From Bacteroidales bacterium (lineage in GTDB: Bacteria; Bacteroidota; Bacteroidia; Bacteroidales; UBA1402), in the NCBI GenBank assembly GCA_017446025.1, contig JAFSRR010000095.1, forward strand, positions 14,081 to 78,080: a stretch of 64,000 nucleotides of DNA. Direction: 5' to 3'. Shown here in pieces: positions 51,982 through 60,547 of the stretch (position 1 is the first letter of the stretch; the number at the start of each line of letters is the position of its first letter). A program made the position numbers and the translations under genes. The notes beneath the pieces were generated by a model. It saw nothing but the letters and a program-made list of their open reading frames with translations. It ran no database searches and had not been told where the DNA came from.

Positions 51982-53718
51982 TTAATAAATAAATTGCCAT
52001 TCCTTTTGCTGCACGTTGCCGCAGGCATCCCACACCTTGACACCAAGCGTGTGGCTCTGTCCGTTGCGTTGCAAGGCCCGGCCGTCGGGACGATAGAAGA
52101 TCGAAGCGTTCTTGTAGTCGTCCTCGAAAAGCGCCCAGGCTCCGTCGATATAGCACTCGTATCCGCCGATATCGGTTTCGTCGTCGCGGATACCGATGCG
52201 AATTAAGGCATTTTTCAGCACATTGTCAATAGAGGGCAGGATTATTTTCGGCGCAACGGTGTCGATCATCACCACATAAGTGCCCAACTCGCGGATATCG
52301 GCCTGCATCTTTCCATCGCTGTAGACAGCCGGGACAAATTCCCAGCGGCCCTTGCTGTCGAGGTGCGAGAGATAATAGCCGCTCTTGTCGGCCAAAGGGT
52401 CGCGGCGAAGGGAGATCTCCAAGGCCAGCGGGGAATGGACCGGCACCGACAAGTCGTGCAAGTCGTAATAGTCGGAGGCATAAGGGGAGGGGCGCTGGTC
52501 GTAGCGGAAGAACAGAGGTTCATAGAGCGAACCGCGCGGCAGCAGCAGCCTGACACCGGCTGTCACATATTCGTTGTCGTATTGCGGATAGAAACATAGC
52601 AGCGTCGAATCCACCGGAGGAATTTCCATTTTCCTGCCCTGCAGGACAAAAGCCACAACCGTCCGGTTGCCACGGCGGTCGGTCAGCTCGTAGCGGCAGG
52701 GATAGGGACGCTCCTCGTCGATGGTCAGATAGCCGTCGTCCAGCATGGCGGGATAGACATCCAGCTGGTTGAAGGGGAGCCGGAAAGACCGCATGATCCA
52801 GGAGGAATGAAGCGCCCACTCGACGTAGTCGGCGAGCGCATTCACATAGCGTGATTCGTCAAACGAAAAGCGGTTGAACTGCTGCGAAAAAACCTCCTTT
52901 TCATCGACAAAAAGCCGTAGGCTGCAAACACCATAGATATTGGTGGTGCCCGTCATGTAGTCGTAGGCTTTCAGCCCCAGCCCGATGCGCCCCCAGACGG
53001 CCGGCAAGACGGGACTTTCGGCCGCATTCAATGCCACAATCGCCTTGTCCTGGCCCGTGGACAGGACGCCCTCTCCCTGGGGGGCGTACACAGCCAGCGC
53101 CTGGACCCGGGGCTTTTCCCGGTCCACGATGCGGTCGGACAGCCATAGGAGCGGATCCATCGGTTCTTCACTCTCTGTCTCGCGAATCTCGAAATGCAGG
53201 TGCGGCCCGCCCGAACCGCCGGTGTTGCCGCTCAAGGCGATGCGCTCTCCCTGGACGACCGGTATCTCCTCCTTTTCGAAATACAGGTTCTGAAAATAGG
53301 ACCGGCTCCCATACTGGGCCGCCCGCACCACGGAATCGATCCGGGGAGCGAAGGCGTCGAGATGGCCATAGACCGAGGTGTAGCCGTTTGGATGGTCGAT
53401 ATAGACAGCCTTGCCGTAGCCGTAGCGGGTCACCGCCACACGCGACACCCAGCCGTCGGCCACCGCATAGACGTTCTTACCCACCGTGCCCTGGGTCTTG
53501 ATGTCGAGCCCCGAATGGAGGTGGTTGCGTCTCAGCTCTCCGAAGTTGGCGCTCAGCAGCGGCTCAATTTTCATGGGAAGCTGAAAATCGGCAGCCCGTA
53601 TGGTGTCGGTCACCCGCCACAGAGATGTAGCTGGTGTATAGACAGCATTATCGGCCCTGACGGCTGTCAAAGACAGTATCAAGGCCGACATCATTCCGAC
53701 AAGGCTCCTTCGACTCAT
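51982..53718 (-). CDS. M23-family metallopeptidase
   Basis: Signal peptide plus HSGLD..GYGKAVYIDHPNGYTSVYGHL..GNTGGSGGPHLHFEI motifs. Confidence 0.88.
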   Translation of the reverse strand: MSRRSLVGMMSALILSLTAVRADNAVYTPATSLWRVTDTIRAADFQLPMKIEPLLSANFGELRRNHLHSGLDIKTQGTVGKNVYAVADGWVSRVAVTRYGYGKAVYIDHPNGYTSVYGHLDAFAPRIDSVVRAAQYGSRSYFQNLYFEKEEIPVVQGERIALSGNTGGSGGPHLHFEIRETESEEPMDPLLWLSDRIVDREKPRVQALAVYAPQGEGVLSTGQDKAIVALNAAESPVLPAVWGRIGLGLKAYDYMTGTTNIYGVCSLRLFVDEKEVFSQQFNRFSFDESRYVNALADYVEWALHSSWIMRSFRLPFNQLDVYPAMLDDGYLTIDEERPYPCRYELTDRRGNRTVVAFVLQGRKMEIPPVDSTLLCFYPQYDNEYVTAGVRLLLPRGSLYEPLFFRYDQRPSPYASDYYDLHDLSVPVHSPLALEISLRRDPLADKSGYYLSHLDSKGRWEFVPAVYSDGKMQADIRELGTYVVMIDTVAPKIILPSIDNVLKNALIRIGIRDDETDIGGYECYIDGAWALFEDDYKNASIFYRPDGRALQRNGQSHTLGVKVWDACGNVQQKEWQFIY

Positions 53719-53730
53719 GGGGGAAGGGGT

Positions 53731-54081
53731 CTATTTCAAATGATTGGTGGCAGTGTCGGGGAAAACCACGGCGGGAGTGAACCGGCGGGCTTCCTCAAAA
53801 TCCATCATGGCGTAAGAGATGATGATGACGATGTCTCCGGGCAGGGCCTTGCGGGCGGCCGCACCGTTCAGGCAAACGACCCCCGAACCCCGTTGTCCGG
53901 GGATGGCATAGGTCTCTATGCGTTCTCCATTGTTCTTGTTCACCACCTGCACCTTTTCATATGGAAGGATGTTGACGGCGTCCATCAAATCCTGGTCGAT
54001 GGTGATGCTGCCGACATAGTTGAGGTTGGCCTCCGTCACGTGGACACAGTGGATCTTCGATTTGAGAATCTCTATTTGCAT
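53731..54081 (-). CDS. panD: aspartate 1-decarboxylase
   Basis: 116 aa. [20 protein letters not shown], containing the G-S self-processing site. Confidence 0.95.
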   Translation of the reverse strand: MQIEILKSKIHCVHVTEANLNYVGSITIDQDLMDAVNILPYEKVQVVNKNNGERIETYAIPGQRGSGVVCLNGAAARKALPGDIVIIISYAMMDFEEARRFTPAVVFPDTATNHLK

Positions 54082-54923
54082 GACTTGTAGATAATGTTGT
54101 CTATCAACCTGACAGGACCGCAATAGACGGCAATGCATCCGACCACATAGTCGCTGTCGTCCCAGCTTTTCAGCGGCTGGAGCGTCCGACCGTCCACGAT
54201 TTCGTAATAGTCGAGACGGAAGAGGGGCTCGCTGCCGATTTTCTGTTCGACAAAGGCTTTGGTCGCTGCCAGACTGTTTTCGGCTGCAAAAGTACGGCTT
54301 TCGGACAAATATCTGGATATTAATACGGCTTTTTTTCGCTCTTCGGGGCTGAGACGCTGGTTGCGGCTGCTCATGGCCAGACCGTCGGCTTCCCTGACTA
54401 TGGGGCAGGCGATGATCTCGAGCGGCAACTGCAACTGGGCCACCATGGAACGGATGATGGCGATCTGCTGGAAGTCCTTTTCGCCGAAATAAGCCCGGTC
54501 GGGCTCCACGGCATAGAACAGCTTGCTCACAATCTGGGCCACTCCGTTGAAATGGCCGGGGCGGTAAGGGCCTTCCATCACCTGTTCCAGGGCACCGAAG
54601 TGGAACTGGCGGGTATCGGGCTGGGGATACATCTCCTCCACCTCAGGCATGAACACATAGCTGCATCCGGCCTTTTCGAGCATAGCGGCATCCTTTTCCG
54701 GGGTGCGCGGATAGGCAACCAGGTCGCTCTTGTCGTTGAACTGGGTCGGGTTGACAAAAACGCTGACCACGCAGATATCGTTTTCTGCCACGCAGCGGCT
54801 CACCAGGGAAATATGTCCGGCGTGCAAAGCCCCCATGGTGGGGACCAGGCCGATGCTCTGGTGGCGACGGCGGCAGGCAGAGAGCTTTTCCTTTAATTCA
54901 GACTTGGTTTTTACAATCTCCAT
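54072..54923 (-). CDS. panC: pantoate--beta-alanine ligase
   Basis: [10 protein letters not shown] motif. 283 aa. Overlaps panD by 10 nt. Confidence 0.95.
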   Translation of the reverse strand: MEIVKTKSELKEKLSACRRRHQSIGLVPTMGALHAGHISLVSRCVAENDICVVSVFVNPTQFNDKSDLVAYPRTPEKDAAMLEKAGCSYVFMPEVEEMYPQPDTRQFHFGALEQVMEGPYRPGHFNGVAQIVSKLFYAVEPDRAYFGEKDFQQIAIIRSMVAQLQLPLEIIACPIVREADGLAMSSRNQRLSPEERKKAVLISRYLSESRTFAAENSLAATKAFVEQKIGSEPLFRLDYYEIVDGRTLQPLKSWDDSDYVVGCIAVYCGPVRLIDNIIYKSCK

Positions 54924-55063
54924 AACATTCTGATTTTTAACAACAAATCATATTGTTCAAAGTTCGGGTCACAACGCCCGGTTTGGGGCTGCAAAAAAAC
55001 TAAATTCTTGGCATTTAAAAAAATAATCCCCCGACAACTTGCATATGGTCTGTATATTTTTAT

Positions 55064-55071
55064 TATCTTTG
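55064..55071 (+). promoter_or_regulatory. candidate -7 box (TATCTTTG)
   Basis: Exact TAnnTTTG match 34 nt upstream of ATG 55106. The -33 element is imperfect (CTTG). Confidence 0.45.
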
Positions 55072-55105
55072 CACGGAGAGAGCAAACAATAGAAAACAGA
55101 CAGCT

Positions 55106-55918
55106 ATGAGCGCAGAAAAAGTCTTGTACATTTGTCAGGAGATTACACCCTACCTGCCTGAAAACGAAATATCCATCCTCTGCCGCAACATGCCGCAGGC
55201 CATTCAGGAGAAAGGTTGTGAAATCCGTACCTTCATGCCCAAGTTCGGTTGTATCAACGAACGGCGCAACCAACTTCACGAAGTCATCCGCCTGTCGGGC
55301 ATGAACATCATCATCGACGACAACGACCATCCGCTCATCATTAAGGTGGCCAGCATACAGTCGGCCCGCATGCAGGTCTATTTCATCGACAACGACGACT
55401 TTTTCCACCGTCGCTTCACCGTGACCGACGGCGAAGGCAACGAGTTTGCCGACAACGCCGAACGCAGCATCTTCTATGCCCGCGGTGTCATTGAGACGGT
55501 GCGCAAGCTGCGCTGGGTGCCCGATGTGATCCATTGCCACGGCTGGATGTCGGCCTTTGTCCCTCTCTATCTGAAAAAAGCCTTTGCCGACGATCCCTAT
55601 TTCAAGAACGCCAAGATCGTCTTTTCGCTCTACAACGACGATTTCAAGCAGAAATTCAAACAGGACCTGGGCAACAAGGTGCTCATCGACGAGCTGCAGC
55701 CGGCCGATTTCTCCGTCCTGGGCAAGACGCCGGGCTATCTGTCCATGATGAAACTGGCCGTCCAGTACTCCGACGGCATTATCCTCGCCTCCGACCAAGT
55801 CAACAAAAACCTGCTGAGTTTTGTCCAGAAGAGTGAAAAACCCTGCATCGTCGGCAGCGAAGAAAACGGATACCAGAATTACTACGATTTTTACAACACG
55901 CTGTCAGAACAGAAATAA
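55106..55918 (+). CDS. half-size glycogen/starch synthase-like protein (GT5 N-terminal domain only)
   Basis: 270 aa. The LYICQEITPY..MPKFG..VIHCHGWMSAFVPLYLK pattern matches the Glyco_transf_5 N-domain. There is no C-terminal GT-B half. Confidence 0.75.
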   Translation: MSAEKVLYICQEITPYLPENEISILCRNMPQAIQEKGCEIRTFMPKFGCINERRNQLHEVIRLSGMNIIIDDNDHPLIIKVASIQSARMQVYFIDNDDFFHRRFTVTDGEGNEFADNAERSIFYARGVIETVRKLRWVPDVIHCHGWMSAFVPLYLKKAFADDPYFKNAKIVFSLYNDDFKQKFKQDLGNKVLIDELQPADFSVLGKTPGYLSMMKLAVQYSDGIILASDQVNKNLLSFVQKSEKPCIVGSEENGYQNYYDFYNTLSEQK

Positions 55919-57297
55919 TGAGGCACTTTTTCCAACTTGTCGTCCTGGCTCTCTCCTTGCTGGGCTTTTGCGCCTGCGCCGACGGAGACAGCATCGGAGG
56001 GAGCATCCAACCGGGAATAGATGTCGTCCAGACCGATACCGCCACCTTCCGCCTGTCTTCGCAGACGGTGCTGGTGGATTCCATCCTGCAGAAAAACGCC
56101 GTCGCTGTGCTGGGCGAGTACACCGATGCCCGCTTCGGTACCACCCGGGCCGATTTCATGGCCCAGCTGTATTGCCCTCCCGAATTCTCCTTCCCGGAGA
56201 TTCCCGACAACAACATCGACTCGGTCTTCCTGTACCTGTATTTCGATGAATACTACGGCGACAAGTCCTCCCTGTTCGAGGCCACCGTCTGGCAGCTCAC
56301 CGAGTCGCTCGACCTGGACCGGGCCTATTACACCAATGTCAATATCGACGATTATTGCGACAAGCAGACAAAACTGGGCAGTGCCACCTTTACACCGGGC
56401 AGTGCCGACAACCGCTGGACCACCCAGTATAAATATTGTGTCAGGGTGCCCATCGACAGCCTTTTCGGCCAACAGTTCTACCTCGACAGCCAAGATAGGG
56501 AAAACTATCCCGACGCTTTCAGCGATGTACGCCATTTCATCGAGTATTTCAAAGGGCTGTATGTCTCTACGACCTACGGCAACGGGGCCATGGTCTATGT
56601 GAGCCACATCGAGTTGGAGTTCTGCTACGACTACCGCATGAAGAACGCCTCGGGAGTGATGGTCGACACCACTTCGGCCACCTATTTCCCCGTGACGGGC
56701 GAAGTCAAGCAAGTGAACCGCTACACCCACCCCGACCTGACGGCCTACCTGCCCGTCAGCGACGACGACAGCCTCAACTATCTCTTTGCACCGGCCGGCA
56801 TGTTCACCAAAGTATCGCTGCCCGTCAACGACATCTGCAGCCGGTTGAGCCGCAAGAACATCAACTATGCCCGCCTGAAAGTGTCTGCCACCGAGCTGGA
56901 CGACAGCGAGTGGGGCATGACGCCTCCCACCAAGCTACTGCTGCTCAGAGAAGAAGACATCCATACCTTTTTTGCCGACTACAGCCTGAGCGACGACCTC
57001 TACTCTTTTTCGGCCGACTACAGCACCGCCGATTCCTGTTTTGTCTTCGACTTGAGTTCCTATGTGCAGAAACTGATCCGCCACGGCGACGGAGAGTTGG
57101 AGACGGGGTCGGACTTCAGCCCTTATGCCAATATGCTGCTGGTGCCCGTCACCCTGATCCAGAACACCGACAAGGCCTCGCTCTATCTCCTGCCCGACTA
57201 CAAGCCTTCGGCCGTGAAGATACGCAGCGCCGTCCATCCCCGCCTGCCGATGAAACTGGAGATGGTGCACAGCGTCAAGCCCTCGATGGTACAATAG
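55918..57297 (+). CDS. DUF4270-like lipoprotein
   Basis: 459 aa with a lipobox (LLGFCAC). The start overlaps the stop of the GT5-like gene. The family assignment comes from recall of the conserved panC / short-glgA / DUF4270 synteny. Confidence 0.55.
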   Translation: MRHFFQLVVLALSLLGFCACADGDSIGGSIQPGIDVVQTDTATFRLSSQTVLVDSILQKNAVAVLGEYTDARFGTTRADFMAQLYCPPEFSFPEIPDNNIDSVFLYLYFDEYYGDKSSLFEATVWQLTESLDLDRAYYTNVNIDDYCDKQTKLGSATFTPGSADNRWTTQYKYCVRVPIDSLFGQQFYLDSQDRENYPDAFSDVRHFIEYFKGLYVSTTYGNGAMVYVSHIELEFCYDYRMKNASGVMVDTTSATYFPVTGEVKQVNRYTHPDLTAYLPVSDDDSLNYLFAPAGMFTKVSLPVNDICSRLSRKNINYARLKVSATELDDSEWGMTPPTKLLLLREEDIHTFFADYSLSDDLYSFSADYSTADSCFVFDLSSYVQKLIRHGDGELETGSDFSPYANMLLVPVTLIQNTDKASLYLLPDYKPSAVKIRSAVHPRLPMKLEMVHSVKPSMVQ

Positions 57298-57310
57298 GGA
57301 TATTTCCCGG

Positions 57311-57774
57311 TTACATGTTGAAAGACAAAGGTAGCAGCTGTTCGCCCGCGGCGATGACGGCTACCTCTTCTGTGCCGTAGAGCAAAATCTCGACGGGGCG
57401 GCCATAACGACGCTCCACCTCGGAAAGCACCTGCCGGCAAGCACCGCACGGGGCAACAGGGCGGGGTGTGAAGGCCTGTTTTTTGGCGGCCACGGCCAGA
57501 CGCAGCGGAGCGGCCCCGGGATATTGGACAGCCGCCGCAAACAATGCCACCCGCTCGGCACAGAGCCCTGAAGGATAGGCTACGTTCTCCTGATTGGCGC
57601 CCAAAACGATTCACCGTTGTCGAGTTGCAAGGCCGCACCGACGGCAAAACCGGAATAGGGGGCATAGGCCCGGTCGCAGGCATTTTTTGCCTTTTCAACC
57701 AACTGTTTTTGGACTGCAGACAATTCTTCTACCGAACAATATGTTATCTTTGCAGCAAAATCCACCTTTCTCAT
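57311..57774 (-). pseudogene. cdd: cytidine deaminase interrupted by a 1-nt frameshift
   Basis: The N-part (57774 down to ~57605: MRKVDF..APYSGFAVGAALQLDNGESF) and the C-part (GANQENVAYPSGLCAERVALF..PCGACRQVLSE) lie in different frames. The span of 464 nt is 3n-1, and the switch occurs at an A4 run (57603-57606). Confidence 0.8.
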
Positions 57775-57811
57775 AGCAACAGGTTTTTGAGTGGGCAAAA
57801 ATAATACTTTC

Positions 57812-58957
57812 ATGAAAAAAATCCTTCTTCTCCAGGTATTGTTGCTCGGTATCGGCCTTTGCCAGGCTGGCATCCGGCTGAAGCCCTACGAGGACTACAT
57901 CCACCAATATGCTACCGATGCCATGATCCAACAGGTCAAGTATGGTATCCCCTCCAGTATCACCCTGGCCCAGGGCCTGCTCGAATCCAACGCCGGCAAC
58001 AGCGAGCTGGCACGCAACAGCAACAACCATTTCGGCATCAAATGCCACAACAACTGGGAAGGACCGAGCTATTCCAGCTGGGACGACGGGGAGATGAGCT
58101 GCTTCCGCAAATACAAATCCGTGTTGGATTCCTATACCGACCACTCCCTGTTCCTGGTCACCCGACAGCGTTATGATTTCCTGTTCCAGCTGGATGTCAA
58201 GGACTACCGGGCCTGGGCCTTCGGTCTGAGGCAGGCCGGCTATGCCACCGACAAGCAATATGCCCAGAAACTCATCAAAATCATAGAAGACTACGATCTG
58301 GACTACTACGACCGGGCTGCCGGCAACCACAAAAAAGCCAGGAAACTGATCGAGGAATGGGAACATCTCCAAAACGAAGAGTTGCAGGACGACGTTTACG
58401 TGGTCAACGACTACGCCTCCCGCCAGGAGGCTGAAACATCGCCCGCTCCTACTGCCCCGGCCAAAGAACGAAAGGCAAGGACCCGCTCCACCCGCCAGCG
58501 TCGCAGCATCGACAGGCCCGCTCCGCTCAAGCGCAATGAAGTGGCCCGGAAAGCCAAAGACTACAGTTACCTGGCTGCCACCCAGGAGGGGGAGACAGAG
58601 CATATCACCGCCACCCTCAACCACACCATCCTCTATCGCGGCAGCGTGCCCTACATCGTAGCCCAATACGGCGACAACTACAACAATCTGGCCGATGAAT
58701 TCGACCTTTCGCCCGCCAAGCTGAGAAAAATCAACAACCTGCCCAAACAATACCAGATCCGTATCGGAGACATTCTCTACCTGAACAAGAAAGGTAAGAC
58801 ATGGGAGGGCGACGAAGAAACCCATATTGTCCGGGAAGACGACAGCATGCACAGCATCTCACAGCGTTATGCCATCGACATGAACGAACTCTACCGGCTC
58901 AACGGCATGAAGACAGGTGATCCGATCCATATCGGACAAAGCCTTAAACTCAGATAA
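57812..58957 (+). CDS. N-acetylglucosaminidase (FlgJ-like glucosaminidase domain) with C-terminal LysM repeats
   Basis: Signal peptide, the motifs [26 protein letters not shown] and [20 protein letters not shown], then two LysM-like segments (..GDILYL.., ..[28 protein letters not shown]). Confidence 0.85.
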   Translation: MKKILLLQVLLLGIGLCQAGIRLKPYEDYIHQYATDAMIQQVKYGIPSSITLAQGLLESNAGNSELARNSNNHFGIKCHNNWEGPSYSSWDDGEMSCFRKYKSVLDSYTDHSLFLVTRQRYDFLFQLDVKDYRAWAFGLRQAGYATDKQYAQKLIKIIEDYDLDYYDRAAGNHKKARKLIEEWEHLQNEELQDDVYVVNDYASRQEAETSPAPTAPAKERKARTRSTRQRRSIDRPAPLKRNEVARKAKDYSYLAATQEGETEHITATLNHTILYRGSVPYIVAQYGDNYNNLADEFDLSPAKLRKINNLPKQYQIRIGDILYLNKKGKTWEGDEETHIVREDDSMHSISQRYAIDMNELYRLNGMKTGDPIHIGQSLKLR

Positions 58958-58965
58958 TTCCATCT

Positions 58966-60489
58966 ATGCAAGAAAAAATCATCATCCTCGACTTCGGGTC
59001 GCAGACCACCCAACTCATCGGTCGCCGTATCAGGGAGCTGGATACCTTTTGCGAAATCCTGCCCTACAACAAGTTCCCCAAGGACGATCCTTCGGTGATC
59101 GGCGTCATTCTGAGCGGCTCGCCCCTGAGTGTCTATGACAAGGAGGCATTTCGTATCGATTTGAACGATATCCGCGGCAAATATCCCATCCTGGGCATCT
59201 GCTACGGGGCCCAACTCATCAGCTACAGCCTGGGCGGGCGCGTCGAGCCGGCCGGCAGCCGCGAATACGGGCGGGCCAACCTGCAATATGTCGATACCGC
59301 CAACCCGCTGTTCAAAGGTTTCGAACCGAATTCCCAGATATGGATGAGCCACGGCGATACCATCACCGCCCTGCCGGCAGGATTCAGAACCATCGCCTCG
59401 ACCGACAGCGTCAAAAATGCCGCTTTCCAGGCTCCCGACGAGCCGATGTGGGGCGTACAGTTCCATCCGGAAGTGTTCCACTCCCTGCAGGGATCGCTGT
59501 TGTTGAAGAATTTCGTGGTGGATATCTGCGGCAGCCGGCAGGATTGGAGTGCAGCCGCTTTCGTCGAAACCACGGTGGCCGAACTCAAAGCCCAAATCGG
59601 CCAGGACCAAGTGATCCTGGGACTGAGCGGCGGAGTGGATTCCTCCGTGGCCGCCGTGCTGCTCAACCGGGCCATCGGCCGGCAACTGACCTGCATTTTC
59701 GTCGATCACGGCATGTTGCGCAAAAACGAGTTCCAAAATGTCATGCACGACTACGAGTGCCTGGGATTGAACGTGGTCGGAGTCGATGCCAGCGAGAAAT
59801 TCTTCCGCGACCTGCAAGGTGTCCGCGAACCGGAAGCCAAGCGCAAGATCATCGGCCGCGATTTCATCGAGGTTTTCGATGCAGAAGCCCGCAAAGTCAC
59901 CGGAGCCCGCTGGCTGGCCCAGGGCACCATCTACCCAGACCGCATCGAATCGCTCAACATCACCGGCAAAGTCATCAAGAGCCATCACAACGTGGGCGGG
60001 CTGCCCCAGCAGATGAACCTGAAACTCTGTGAACCCCTCAAATGGCTCTTCAAGGACGAAGTGCGTCGTGTGGGCCGCCAGCTGGGCATGCCCGAGCATC
60101 TGATCGGCCGCCATCCCTTCCCGGGCCCTGGCCTGGGAGTAAGGATCCTGAGCGACATCACCCCCGAAAAAGTCCGCATCCTGCAGGAGGCCGACGATAT
60201 CTTTATCCAGGGCTTGCGCGACTGGGGGCTCTACGACCAGGTATGGCAGGCCGGCGTCATTCTGCTGCCCGTACAGTCGGTCGGTGTGATGGGCGACGAG
60301 CGCACCTACGAACAGGCCGTGGTACTCAGGGCCGTCACCTCTTCGGATGCCATGACCGCCGACTGGGCCCATCTGCCCTACGACTTTTTGGCCAAGATGT
60401 CCAATGAAATCATCAACAAAGTCAAAGGCGTGAACCGCGTGGCCTACGACATCAGTTCCAAACCCCCTGCCACCATTGAGTGGGAATAA
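58966..60489 (+). CDS. guaA: GMP synthase (glutamine-hydrolyzing)
   Basis: 507 aa. GATase (GICYGAQL), the ATP-PPase SGGVDSSV motif, and the typical C-terminal end KPPATIEWE. Confidence 0.97.
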   Translation: MQEKIIILDFGSQTTQLIGRRIRELDTFCEILPYNKFPKDDPSVIGVILSGSPLSVYDKEAFRIDLNDIRGKYPILGICYGAQLISYSLGGRVEPAGSREYGRANLQYVDTANPLFKGFEPNSQIWMSHGDTITALPAGFRTIASTDSVKNAAFQAPDEPMWGVQFHPEVFHSLQGSLLLKNFVVDICGSRQDWSAAAFVETTVAELKAQIGQDQVILGLSGGVDSSVAAVLLNRAIGRQLTCIFVDHGMLRKNEFQNVMHDYECLGLNVVGVDASEKFFRDLQGVREPEAKRKIIGRDFIEVFDAEARKVTGARWLAQGTIYPDRIESLNITGKVIKSHHNVGGLPQQMNLKLCEPLKWLFKDEVRRVGRQLGMPEHLIGRHPFPGPGLGVRILSDITPEKVRILQEADDIFIQGLRDWGLYDQVWQAGVILLPVQSVGVMGDERTYEQAVVLRAVTSSDAMTADWAHLPYDFLAKMSNEIINKVKGVNRVAYDISSKPPATIEWE

Positions 60490-60531
60490 AAAAAGCGAGA
60501 GGGCGGCTCGGTTGAGTCGCCCTCTTGTTTT
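60490..60531. terminator. bidirectional rho-independent terminator
   Basis: Perfect 8-bp stem AGAGGGCG/CGCCCTCT (60498-60505 / 60518-60525), flanked by A-rich and T-rich tracts, between convergent guaA and the M16 peptidase gene. Confidence 0.7.
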
Positions 60532-60547
60532 GGGGTTGGTGGCCGGT

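Noticed and set aside
50092-52206. 704-aa plus-strand ORF spanning the phosphoglucomutase gene. Similar cases are 58891-60570 (antisense to guaA), 61754-63430 (antisense to the M16 peptidase), 57695-58852 and 44350-45846.
   Set aside because: All lie antisense to genes with strong family motifs. Their remarkable length reflects stop-codon depletion in one antisense frame of GC-rich genes, not coding.
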